IMG/VR virus record: IMGVR_UViG_3300046736_000061
Coordinates: 6,495-70,494 of that record
DNA length: 64,000 nucleotides
DNA from: a virus
Direction: 5' to 3' (one strand)
This document shows, piece after piece, positions 18,201 to 27,414 of this stretch (positions within the stretch are counted from its first letter, which is position 1; every line of letters begins with the position of its first letter). The position numbers and the translations under genes are program-made. The notes under the pieces were generated by a model that worked only from the letters and a program-made list of their open reading frames with translations, ran no database searches and had not been told where the DNA came from.

Positions 18201-18605
18201 ATGCCAACCACCAACCTAACTCAAAGATTTGTTCCGATGACTTCCTTAGTCATTAACACCCCCGTTGAAGATGATTTAGTTTTAGAATTTGTCTTTCAAG
18301 ATGAAGATACTTCATTAGTAGATAATTGTGGGCAGTCTATTGTGTCTTTATGCGATAAATCTGGCATTTTAAAAACAGAAATCACAGAGGTTAGTTTAGA
18401 ATGGATGCGAAGTTGTTCTGTGGAAACTTTAACAGCCAACGAGTTAATTGAAAACCCTAATGATACCACAGAATATATTTCAGTTCGATGTACTATCCCT
18501 AAAGCAAAATTGGCATATAGAAACGATTTTAGATTATTTGGTGACTTAGGTATAGATGGAACAATGCTGATTGGCCGAGGCGTAATTTACTATAACGGTG
18601 ATTAA
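18201..18605 (+). CDS. Tail-associated hypothetical protein
   Basis: 134 aa ORF in tail module. Confidence 0.6.
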   Translation: MPTTNLTQRFVPMTSLVINTPVEDDLVLEFVFQDEDTSLVDNCGQSIVSLCDKSGILKTEITEVSLEWMRSCSVETLTANELIENPNDTTEYISVRCTIPKAKLAYRNDFRLFGDLGIDGTMLIGRGVIYYNGD

Positions 18606-18607
18606 TT

Positions 18608-19711
18608 ATGGCAAGTGTATTCAACGAAGACGACGAAAAAATTGGTCAGCGTTTAAAATATAACAATAAGTATTTTTACGTCTTTGATATAGAAATTGAA
18701 GCCGGTGTCACAGAGACAGACGCGCCAGATGGTTCGTTTGCTTGGAGTAAGATCGGTGATTCATTAGCCACAGTCTTTTTTGCTAATGGTGGTATATGGG
18801 ACTCTTACGACATTCCCGGCACGGCTATTGTAAAAGCCTCTGGCGTAGAAGTTAACACTGGTACGGATAACACAAAACTTATTACAGCCAAAGCGTTAGC
18901 TGACAGTGAGTATGTCAAAGAATCCGATCTATCAGGAAACTTTACAGAAGAAAATTTAACCGATTTAGTTGCAGGTTTAACCCCCGGAACCCTCGACCCG
19001 TCCGCTGAGTTTCTCGCCCTCCAAAACGACATCGTCGTATCGGGAGCGGGTACGGAGAGTGTAAATTCATTAACGGGCTATACATACTCCGGTCAACATA
19101 ATGGCGAATCGTATTGGAATCTAGAAGGAACCGATCCGCTAGTTAGCTCGATTGTGTATGGCGAGGTCGCCGGCAACAGGCTCGGCGTCTACGATGGCGA
19201 CGGTGTAAATGTTTATTTCGGTAATGCGAATATAGCCGATCCGCTGACCGCTGAATGGAGTACTTCAGGGGATGGAGCCGCCCCCGCCCCCACCGTCACC
19301 GCCGTTCCTTCTCTCAAGAGCGTGTTGCCGTGGCAGATAGTTAATCGGGGAAGCGTCTCGCATACCGATAGTGATAACGCGCTGACCGTGACGAATGAGG
19401 ATTGCGGGAAGATATTTGATAATGCGGGGGCCGGAGATCCTGTCACCTTCCTTTTGGATGACGCCAATTTTGATGATGGATGGTTTGTAACGTTCCAGAT
19501 TGTCGCGGATAACACCGTCAATATCAATCGCGGCGGGACTCATAATATCTATGGGCAGTTTGTTTTTTGGACAGGCGTTATAGCGGATTTACGCGAATTA
19601 AATACTTGTTGCATAGCTTCTGGCAGTCTCGCGGCAACCATCACTCTCCGCAAATCAGGCGGGAAGCTCAACGTTATCGCCGTAACGGGTAATTGGTTTG
19701 ATAACGACTAA
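18608..19711 (+). CDS. Tail fibre-like/accessory virion protein
   Basis: KASGVEVNTGTDNTKLITAKAL fibre motif; C-terminal LTVTNEDCGKIF...VTGNW domain; GC-richer 3' part. Confidence 0.6.
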   Translation: MASVFNEDDEKIGQRLKYNNKYFYVFDIEIEAGVTETDAPDGSFAWSKIGDSLATVFFANGGIWDSYDIPGTAIVKASGVEVNTGTDNTKLITAKALADSEYVKESDLSGNFTEENLTDLVAGLTPGTLDPSAEFLALQNDIVVSGAGTESVNSLTGYTYSGQHNGESYWNLEGTDPLVSSIVYGEVAGNRLGVYDGDGVNVYFGNANIADPLTAEWSTSGDGAAPAPTVTAVPSLKSVLPWQIVNRGSVSHTDSDNALTVTNEDCGKIFDNAGAGDPVTFLLDDANFDDGWFVTFQIVADNTVNINRGGTHNIYGQFVFWTGVIADLRELNTCCIASGSLAATITLRKSGGKLNVIAVTGNWFDND

Positions 19712-19728
19712 TAATAAAAGGAGATGAA

Positions 19729-19770
19729 TAACTAGACATAGAACACAGCCTAAAGGCTGATGTCTACTTA
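19729..19770 (+). repeat. Palindrome copy split at its centre by a 19-bp insertion carrying the second hairpin motif
   Basis: TAACTAGACATA | GAACACAGCCTAAAGGCTG | ATGTCTACTTA. Confidence 0.9.
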
Positions 19771-19775
19771 AAACA

Positions 19776-20501
19776 ATGAAACACTTAACAGCGCTTAGAC
19801 AGAAACTTGCGAAGGTAGCGCCCTTCGTCGTTTATGAGTTATTTGGAATAAATAACCAACTTGCCGTTAGACCCGCCGCGGACTTGCCCATAGTCCCACT
19901 TAGCGTTAGTTGCTCCCCACCTGACACTACCTTTATTCTTGAATCTGGTATTGTGACTGATTTAATCGGTCGCTATAGCAAAACCTATCAAGAAAATCTC
20001 AAGAAAATGCAGGAATCCAATTCTTCCGAAGCAGAAAGTAATCAATTCCTACAAGATAGCTTTGAGGAAGTGAAGGAACACGCCACAGCAAATCCTCTTG
20101 AAATGATTGCGCTTATCACGAAAGTTGGCAAACAATTTTTAATCTCTAAAGCATTAAAAGGTTGGTATGAGGCTGATGGTTATAGGGATAAGTTTGATAT
20201 ATTTTTCTTGAGTAGCAAAGAAGAATGCGACCTCGCCAACGCTAAGGCCGAATCCGAAAATAAAGACGAAATGTATATTTGGATTGGAATGTTAGATAGC
20301 GATGAATTATTTAAAATTGCCGCTAACTTTCAGTCAATGATAATGGATACATTAGACGAAGATATTTCAACTCCAGTGATTGCTAATATTCCTTTTCTTT
20401 CTGATGATAAAGATGGGGAGGTTCTGGAAGTACCGGCTGATAAGCTGGCAGGATTTCCTCGATCGACACGGCACATTATTGTGGAAGATGTACCCCGGTA
20501 G
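19776..20501 (+). CDS. Tail assembly chaperone (putative)
   Basis: Acidic protein just upstream of tape measure, overlapped by a second frame. Confidence 0.6.
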   Translation: MKHLTALRQKLAKVAPFVVYELFGINNQLAVRPAADLPIVPLSVSCSPPDTTFILESGIVTDLIGRYSKTYQENLKKMQESNSSEAESNQFLQDSFEEVKEHATANPLEMIALITKVGKQFLISKALKGWYEADGYRDKFDIFFLSSKEECDLANAKAESENKDEMYIWIGMLDSDELFKIAANFQSMIMDTLDEDISTPVIANIPFLSDDKDGEVLEVPADKLAGFPRSTRHIIVEDVPR

Positions 20502-20673
20502 AGTTGCAGAATGGATGCGAGTTATCGGTGGCACTAATGCTTTTGAAATAGACACTATCTGTTTTATGGGATTCACCAAAGAAGACACTAAAATACAGAA
20601 GATGATTCAAGAGAAGCAAGAGCAACAAACTCAAGCATTAATGGCAGGGATTGGTAAACTTGGAATCAGATAA
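20455..20673 (+). CDS. Tail assembly chaperone frameshift extension (putative)
   Basis: +1 frame open 20380..20673; GGA TTT C site at 20451-20457. Confidence 0.5.
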   Translation, partial: FLDRHGTLLWKMYPGRVAEWMRVIGGTNAFEIDTICFMGFTKEDTKIQKMIQEKQEQQTQALMAGIGKLGIR

Positions 20674-20703
20674 CTAGACATAATGTCCAGCTAAGTTAAA
20701 TAT

Positions 20704-23700
20704 ATGGCCGCACAAGATCAAGTAATTTGGACAGGAAGATTTGAGCTAGACGAAGCACTGGCTCAATTTAACATTTTTGCTGAAAAGGTTCAAGCGAAAA
20801 TGGGGAACCTGTCTAAGTCTTTATCTAGTGGTAGCTCTAATGCTAAAACTAATGATAGAGTTACACAACTTCTACACGAATACGAAATAGCCGCCGAAAA
20901 AGCAGAAGAGAAATTAGAGCAGTTTAAAGCTACTGTTAAATCCGCCTTAGATAAAGGTTTAATTGACCCGACTCGCGCTAACTCAATTATTCAATCTCTT
21001 GATAATAAATTAGCAGGTTTAGCTGACCGTGTTCATAAAGTAAATGTTAAAACCGAAGAGAATGTCAACTGGACTAAGAGCGATGTTTTGGCATTGCGGG
21101 CTATTGTTACCGCTCTTGATAATTTTGATACAAAATTGCATCAGGCAGACCGCACTCTTGCCTTGACCAATCTCCGTATTAAAGAGCAAGACAAAGCATT
21201 TAAAGAAATGTTTTACCGTATTGTTGTGGGCGGCTTTGCCTTACAGCAACTCGGTATGTTAATGACCAATACCGTTACGCGCCCAATGATTGAAATGGGC
21301 AAGGTAGTATTGAACACAGGGTTGGAATTTGAGCAGTTTGAGAAACGCCTTGAGATTGTTGCGGGTAAATCTAAAGCACAGATCGCTTCTATTTATGATA
21401 CTGTTCGTAAGGTAGCAAAAGAACCTAACATCACACTTACCGAGACGATGCAGTTATTCAATAACTTGCTTACAATTGGTAAAGATAGAAATTTAACAGA
21501 CGCACAACTTGAAACTTTCGGCAAAGGTTATACTCGCGCCTTAGAAGCTGTTACTTCGACTGAAAAGAAATCCATACTTGATTTTATTACTGACGTTTTT
21601 TCCACTGGTGAATTTGGTCAAAATGTAGAAAAATCATTGCAACTTGCTCCGCGTCTTAATAAGGCAATGCGTGATGTTTTAGGTGGTCAAGTTAATCAGG
21701 AGTCTCTAAAGGCGTCTGGTTTAGATGCGTTTGAAGTCTTAATGAAGACGATGGAAAAATTATCGAAAGAGCCAGCGGCAGATTCCATTCAAAATAAAAT
21801 TGATAACATCACAGATGCTTTTGCTGTAATGGGTAAAAGATTTTTTGATGTATATAAAAACCAATTTCTTGTTATTTTAAATTGGGTAGAAACTAAAGTT
21901 TTGCCGCTTCTTGACAGGTTTATGAAGTGGATGGAGCAAGCTACTCCCGCTACAAAAACTTTCGTTGCCGTAATCATCGCTTTAACCGCGGCGGCAGGGC
22001 CATTAATTTATATCTTCGGTACACTTGGAGTCGTAGGTGGCGGTTTAGCTTTTATCTTGAAAGCGATTGCGTCTGGCTTTGCTTTATTAACAGGTAATGC
22101 AATTGCGGCAAGTGTGGCTACATCTGGTTTAGGCTCTCTTTTAGCGGCAGAAGGCGCGGCTACAGGTGGAATGTTAGCTACTGCAATCATTTGGATAACT
22201 AGACTTATTGTCCAGTTACCGCGTCTTTTAGTTTTAATTACACCCTTTGGACTTATTATTAGCGGTGTACTTCTTTTAATAACTGCGGCCATTGCTAAAA
22301 GTGAAAACCTTCGGACTTCTCTAGCAAGGGCTTTTAGTAATTCGGCTTCCATTTTAATTAAAGCATTACAAACTATTGGGGCATTGCTTGAAACTATCTA
22401 CACTCTGGTCAATGGCATAGGCGATGGTCTTGCTTATATAGGCGTTACGGATATAGTAACGGGCTTTTTAAGAGGATTACTGGAGATTGGGAGCATCCTC
22501 AATAGCGCTATTTCTGTGCCCTTAGCGGGAGTCCGCGACTTATTATATTTTATCACCGATTTAATAAATCAAGGATGGGCTGGCGCTTGGGCTAATTTAC
22601 AAGTAAGAATACTCGAAACTTATAAGTCTTTACTTGGAATGAGTGATATAGTTCACGGCATTGTTAATATTTTTTCTACATTAATTTCTGGAAAAGGCAT
22701 TGATGCAAACCTTGACGAAGGCATAGATAAAGCCAAAAAGAAAAATAAAGAATTAGGCGATACTGTAGGAGAGACAGCAAAGGCCGCACTCGAAAGCGCA
22801 GGAGCGTTTAAAGATTATGGTAAACAGGTAAAGGAAACTTCTAAACAGGCAGAGGATGCTAAAAAATTCTTAGATCAATTATATGAGGCGTTAAAAAAAG
22901 AAGAAGATCAAGTACGGAAAAACATTTTAGCTCAAAGTGGTTTAAACGCAGAAAGAGCAGGGAAAACTGCGGGGCGTATTGCTGATTCTGCAATGTCAGA
23001 CCGTTCTGATGCCATTAGTGATGCCGATTTAAGTAACCCTCAACAACGAGAAGAAGCACGTATCGCTCTAGCGGCTAATGAAGTAACTGCTAAGATTGAA
23101 GCAAGACGTAAGGCTAATTTGCGTATAGCTAAAGCACTAAAAGACTTAGCTATATCAGAAGCAGAAGTCTATCGTGCCGATCAAGCCAAAGGCGTTTACG
23201 GCGAACAGGTAATGGTGGATTTAGAAAAATATGCCAAAGAAGGTGGCGATATTTTAAAATGGCTAGATAGCACCATAGATGATGTTGCGCTCGACGCGGC
23301 TAATAAGCCAACAGGAAGCCAGCCACAGCAAGTTGCTATACTTACATTGAGACGCATACAAGCTACTAAGCAATTATTAATTGATAAATTTGAAGTAGAA
23401 AAGAAAGTTACCGATGAAATTGACGAGGCTATTGAACGAAATAGACAAGCCCGTAAAGATTTTTTAAAGAAAGTTAAAGAAGCAAAGGAAGAAGAATTAA
23501 AGATTGAAGGTCAGTCTAAAATTCAAACTGACATAGATAGTTTAAGTGCGGGTATCGTCTCTCAAACAGAATTAGCAGACATTATTTTAAAAGGCGCAGA
23601 TACGGTTAGCGATATTCGTACTCAATTAACTACCATTAAAGGTATTCACGCAGAGATTCGCAAGCTAACGGAAGAACAGGCAAAGCTTCTTTTAGAACAG

Positions 23701-25536
23701 TCAATGGTTGGTGTTACTCCTGATACTAATGAAGCTAGAAAAATTCAAGCCGATCACGATAAGTTAGTTCGTGACAATAAGACTACGTTAGATAAACAAT
23801 TTAAATCGGATGAAGAAAATTTCTTTGACACTTTAATCAAACGTGGTAAGCGTAATGAAGAAGGTATTAAAAAGGCAGTAGAAGAATATCAAAAAGGCTC
23901 TATGAGTCTGTTAGACCAATACATTGAATTAGCTAAAATAGGCGTCAATGTCGATGCGGCCTTTAATGAAGTTGCGGCTAAAATTGCTAAATCTCAAATA
24001 ACGCAAAATCTTACTTTAAGAGATTCCATTACTAGATTAAATGATAATTTAGTGGCGTCTCCAAGTATGGGGTTAAGTGCGGGTACGATTTCACAAATGG
24101 ACGTACTAATGAAGTCTACTCGCAAATCTTTAGAGATTGTGCAGAGTAGTAATTTTAGTGACACAGGAAAACTTGGTAACTTCATAGATCAAGCGGTTCA
24201 GCTCTTAGGTTTTCTAGGTGGTATTAATGATAGTGCTTTTCCCGATAGGTTAAGCAAGGCTGAATTTGACGTAATGGTTGCGGATATTGTTAAAGCGCTA
24301 GAAAACGCTAAAAAACTTCAATCCGATCAACTAAAAACGGACGTTGAATTAAAAACAAAACTCTATGAATATAATAAAGCTATCTATGATAAACAGCAAG
24401 AGACTTTAGAATCTAAGTCAAATGAACTGGAATTAGAAAAAGAACTGCTTGATTTGAAAAAATCACGCGGGAATATTCTACCTGATATAAAAAGTGTTAA
24501 GGATTTTGGTAAGGCTATAATCGCGGCCATTACTGGTGGCTCAAGTGCAACTTATGAATTAGAAAAACGTATCCTTGAAAATCAAAAACTTCGTGCAGAG
24601 AATGAATATAGACTTGCGTTATTCAGATTGGAATATGAAAAGGATATTATGATTCTGCAAGCACAAGGTAACGAGGCTAGAATTAAACAGATTAATGAGC
24701 AGTATCAAATTATTGAAGGTAATTTACGCAGAGAGTCCGACTTACAAAAACAAATTCTTGATGAAAAGATTAGCGGACTTAGCAAGTACGGCACAACTAT
24801 CACTGAAATTTTTACAAACGTTTTAGGTGAGGCGGTTGGCAGTATATTTGGCAAGAAAAAGAAACAAGAACAACCTGATTTTAATATCGACGCAGGAGGC
24901 ATTGACGCCGAAGGCAATGTAAATGAAGGGGTTATTAGTGATGAGTCCGCAGATAAAACAGGTAAAAATGTTCAATCTACATTAGGTTGGCTAGATAAAT
25001 TAAAAGGTGGTTTAGGTAAAACAAAAGATGTTATTTTTGCTTTAGGTGGCGCACTTGAAAACTTAAATGACCTATCTCTCAAGGGAATTGCTAGAGCATT
25101 AAAAGAAGAATTAAAAGCATTAGGTAAAAAGGCCACTATCAAAGCGTTAGAATATGCGGCAGTTGCTTTATCAGCATTAGTATTTGGAGACTTTTCTACG
25201 GCAGGAAAAGCCGGTTTAGCGGCGGCGGCGTGGGGTGGGGTTGCGGTAGCGGCCTATGCAGGTGCAGGTGTACTTGGAACGCTTGATGGTGATAGCGCAA
25301 AAAATTCCGCCTCTGCTCAATCAACTGCGGCAGGTTTTGATAAAGATGCCTATGATGCGAGTAGGGATAATCAAATCCTCAAGCAAAAATTATTATCTGT
25401 ATTGATTCAGCTAGATATTCGTACAGACAATGGGCAAATTATCAAAATCAATCAAACCGAAATCAATCGCAATACTGCTTTAACTACATTAGTAGCAAAT
25501 AGTGCAGGGGATTGGTTAACACAACCGGGAGTATAG
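20704..25536 (+). CDS. Tape measure protein
   Basis: 1610 aa helical; GMLMTNTVTRPMIEMGK...FEQ; AGPLIYIFG hydrophobic block. Confidence 0.93.
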   Translation: MAAQDQVIWTGRFELDEALAQFNIFAEKVQAKMGNLSKSLSSGSSNAKTNDRVTQLLHEYEIAAEKAEEKLEQFKATVKSALDKGLIDPTRANSIIQSLDNKLAGLADRVHKVNVKTEENVNWTKSDVLALRAIVTALDNFDTKLHQADRTLALTNLRIKEQDKAFKEMFYRIVVGGFALQQLGMLMTNTVTRPMIEMGKVVLNTGLEFEQFEKRLEIVAGKSKAQIASIYDTVRKVAKEPNITLTETMQLFNNLLTIGKDRNLTDAQLETFGKGYTRALEAVTSTEKKSILDFITDVFSTGEFGQNVEKSLQLAPRLNKAMRDVLGGQVNQESLKASGLDAFEVLMKTMEKLSKEPAADSIQNKIDNITDAFAVMGKRFFDVYKNQFLVILNWVETKVLPLLDRFMKWMEQATPATKTFVAVIIALTAAAGPLIYIFGTLGVVGGGLAFILKAIASGFALLTGNAIAASVATSGLGSLLAAEGAATGGMLATAIIWITRLIVQLPRLLVLITPFGLIISGVLLLITAAIAKSENLRTSLARAFSNSASILIKALQTIGALLETIYTLVNGIGDGLAYIGVTDIVTGFLRGLLEIGSILNSAISVPLAGVRDLLYFITDLINQGWAGAWANLQVRILETYKSLLGMSDIVHGIVNIFSTLISGKGIDANLDEGIDKAKKKNKELGDTVGETAKAALESAGAFKDYGKQVKETSKQAEDAKKFLDQLYEALKKEEDQVRKNILAQSGLNAERAGKTAGRIADSAMSDRSDAISDADLSNPQQREEARIALAANEVTAKIEARRKANLRIAKALKDLAISEAEVYRADQAKGVYGEQVMVDLEKYAKEGGDILKWLDSTIDDVALDAANKPTGSQPQQVAILTLRRIQATKQLLIDKFEVEKKVTDEIDEAIERNRQARKDFLKKVKEAKEEELKIEGQSKIQTDIDSLSAGIVSQTELADIILKGADTVSDIRTQLTTIKGIHAEIRKLTEEQAKLLLEQSMVGVTPDTNEARKIQADHDKLVRDNKTTLDKQFKSDEENFFDTLIKRGKRNEEGIKKAVEEYQKGSMSLLDQYIELAKIGVNVDAAFNEVAAKIAKSQITQNLTLRDSITRLNDNLVASPSMGLSAGTISQMDVLMKSTRKSLEIVQSSNFSDTGKLGNFIDQAVQLLGFLGGINDSAFPDRLSKAEFDVMVADIVKALENAKKLQSDQLKTDVELKTKLYEYNKAIYDKQQETLESKSNELELEKELLDLKKSRGNILPDIKSVKDFGKAIIAAITGGSSATYELEKRILENQKLRAENEYRLALFRLEYEKDIMILQAQGNEARIKQINEQYQIIEGNLRRESDLQKQILDEKISGLSKYGTTITEIFTNVLGEAVGSIFGKKKKQEQPDFNIDAGGIDAEGNVNEGVISDESADKTGKNVQSTLGWLDKLKGGLGKTKDVIFALGGALENLNDLSLKGIARALKEELKALGKKATIKALEYAAVALSALVFGDFSTAGKAGLAAAAWGGVAVAAYAGAGVLGTLDGDSAKNSASAQSTAAGFDKDAYDASRDNQILKQKLLSVLIQLDIRTDNGQIIKINQTEINRNTALTTLVANSAGDWLTQPGV

Positions 25537-25554
25537 AACAGACTCTAAAGAGTC
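25534..25554 (+). repeat. Second motif copy: TAGAACA-GACTCT-AA-AGAGTC
   Basis: Overlaps tape-measure stop; abuts palindrome copy 25565. Confidence 0.75.
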
Positions 25555-25641
25555 AACTAGACATAATGTCCACTTAAAGAAACATTTGTTTTATTAATAC
25601 AACAATCGTAGCTAGACATAATGTCCAGTTAAATAATTAAA

Positions 25642-27333
25642 ATGCCAAACGAAATTTTAGCCAGTCCAGAAATTCTTCGATTAGCCACAGGTGTTGAAGG
25701 TTCACTTGAGGTTGGTGGTCAGGTAACTATTCTTGGCCTACCCACCGCTTTCATTCCTGGTGAATATGAGGTAAGCGATAATATAGTGATGGACAATAAT
25801 CCATCCTATACTCGTATTCTCAAAACTTCCGGCTCTAGTCTAAATGACTCCTTTGTGCGAGGCATTGCACGGTATAGAAAAGAACAGCCGTTCTGGTTGA
25901 ATGGTAATATAGTTGAACCTATCGCGACTCGTCAAGCGGTAATAATTGGTGTGATTGATAATAGAGGAATATGGTCCACCATCTACGCCTACTCGAATAA
26001 TGGAAGCGACCATTGGCATTATGATTTAACGATGTTTGGCAATGTCATTTTTACCGCCCGAGAAATTCATGACGGCGATAATATGGCGTTCTACAATGAC
26101 GGTAATGGTAATTTGATTTGCCAAAGAGAAAATAATCACATTTGGAGAAATGAATCTAGTTATCCAATTCCTGCTGATGTTACTGATTTTAAATTTTACT
26201 ACAATCTGGAACTCGCAGGAAATTGGTTGCGGCATACTTTAAGAAGAATAGACACAGCAACAATTCCCCTCGGAACAGGAAACCTTACCTACACCTTAAT
26301 TCCGTCAGAGACAGTGGCGGCAGTAAGGGCAATAGACGGAACGCATTTTGGAGTTACTGCTGATTTTTTGGGTAATTTCAATATCGCTCTATCGCATCCT
26401 GACGTTGAAGTTGATAAAGTCGTTCCGGTTGAAGTTGCCGCATTATATATTAAACCTATCAATGGTAATTGCGGTGGGACGGTGATACAAGGTGAAGCTA
26501 TTCAATTTGAAAGCAATGGTGGCAATGGCGGTTTGTTTGAAGCGACGAACGGAACGATTTTATCAGATCTAAAATGGCAAGCACCATTTACCGAGGGCGT
26601 GACTACTTTTACTTATACGATTGGCAATGTTCATGCAAATTGCACGTTAACCGTAGTTCCTAAATTAACCGTAGATGGAGTAAATGAAGATGGTCATTAT
26701 CCAGACTTAGCGCAAGGTGAGGATGTTTATTTTCATTCCACTTGTTTACGTGCTGTTTATACATCGCTTAATTATCCTTCACTTATTACATTACAGGGCC
26801 ATTTAATTGCGCCTACAGATGCTCAAAATGAAGTTTTTGGACAGAAAGATGTTAAGGTTCGAGTTACAGGATGCGGCCAGGTTTATGATTTTACCGTAAG
26901 AATTGAAGCGATGTACCCAACTCCTAAATTTTGTGGTGCGAATCCTGAAAAATGGAAACAAAACAGACCAGATTTTAAAGCTAATACGGTGGAAATGACT
27001 GGTGGCACACAGCAAGTTAAGAATCAAAATCGTGTAGGGATTTCAGTTTGGGATGTTACCTATCAACCTCTCGCGCAGGGAAATACTCCTTGTCAATGCG
27101 TGATTGGCTCGGATTCTAGTCGATGTGAGTCTGCTTTACAAAGCGCAAAGCGTTTAGATTCTTTTTATACGCAAGTTAAATACACAGAATATTTCACAGT
27201 AGTTGACAGACATACTGCAATAGTGTATAAATATGTTAGGCTAGTTAGTTATACTAACGATCATGGTCTTTATGCAACGGAACAAGCAAGGAGTTTGTCT
27301 ATGCGTTGGGCAGATAATCCACTTGAATCATAA
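25642..27333 (+). CDS. Distal tail/baseplate protein (putative)
   Basis: Follows tape measure; beta-rich, 563 aa. Confidence 0.6.
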   Translation: MPNEILASPEILRLATGVEGSLEVGGQVTILGLPTAFIPGEYEVSDNIVMDNNPSYTRILKTSGSSLNDSFVRGIARYRKEQPFWLNGNIVEPIATRQAVIIGVIDNRGIWSTIYAYSNNGSDHWHYDLTMFGNVIFTAREIHDGDNMAFYNDGNGNLICQRENNHIWRNESSYPIPADVTDFKFYYNLELAGNWLRHTLRRIDTATIPLGTGNLTYTLIPSETVAAVRAIDGTHFGVTADFLGNFNIALSHPDVEVDKVVPVEVAALYIKPINGNCGGTVIQGEAIQFESNGGNGGLFEATNGTILSDLKWQAPFTEGVTTFTYTIGNVHANCTLTVVPKLTVDGVNEDGHYPDLAQGEDVYFHSTCLRAVYTSLNYPSLITLQGHLIAPTDAQNEVFGQKDVKVRVTGCGQVYDFTVRIEAMYPTPKFCGANPEKWKQNRPDFKANTVEMTGGTQQVKNQNRVGISVWDVTYQPLAQGNTPCQCVIGSDSSRCESALQSAKRLDSFYTQVKYTEYFTVVDRHTAIVYKYVRLVSYTNDHGLYATEQARSLSMRWADNPLES

Positions 27334-27378
27334 AAGGCGTTAGAACGGATAAGGTGCTGTTCTACCGCCTTTCCGTTT
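27334..27378 (+). terminator. Hairpin after distal tail gene
   Basis: AAGGCG-T-TAGAAC ... GTTCTA-C-CGCCTT. Confidence 0.4.
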
Positions 27379-27414
27379 ATAGGATAGCTAGACATTATGT
27401 CTACTTAAAATAAT

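Noticed and set aside
25536-25554. Second motif or main palindrome as the promoter of the phage ECF sigma (GAAC...GTC)
   Set aside because: GAAC-to-GTC spacing is 12 bp (about 9 bp for AACT...GTCTA in the main motif), shorter than the 16-17 bp typical of ECF promoters.
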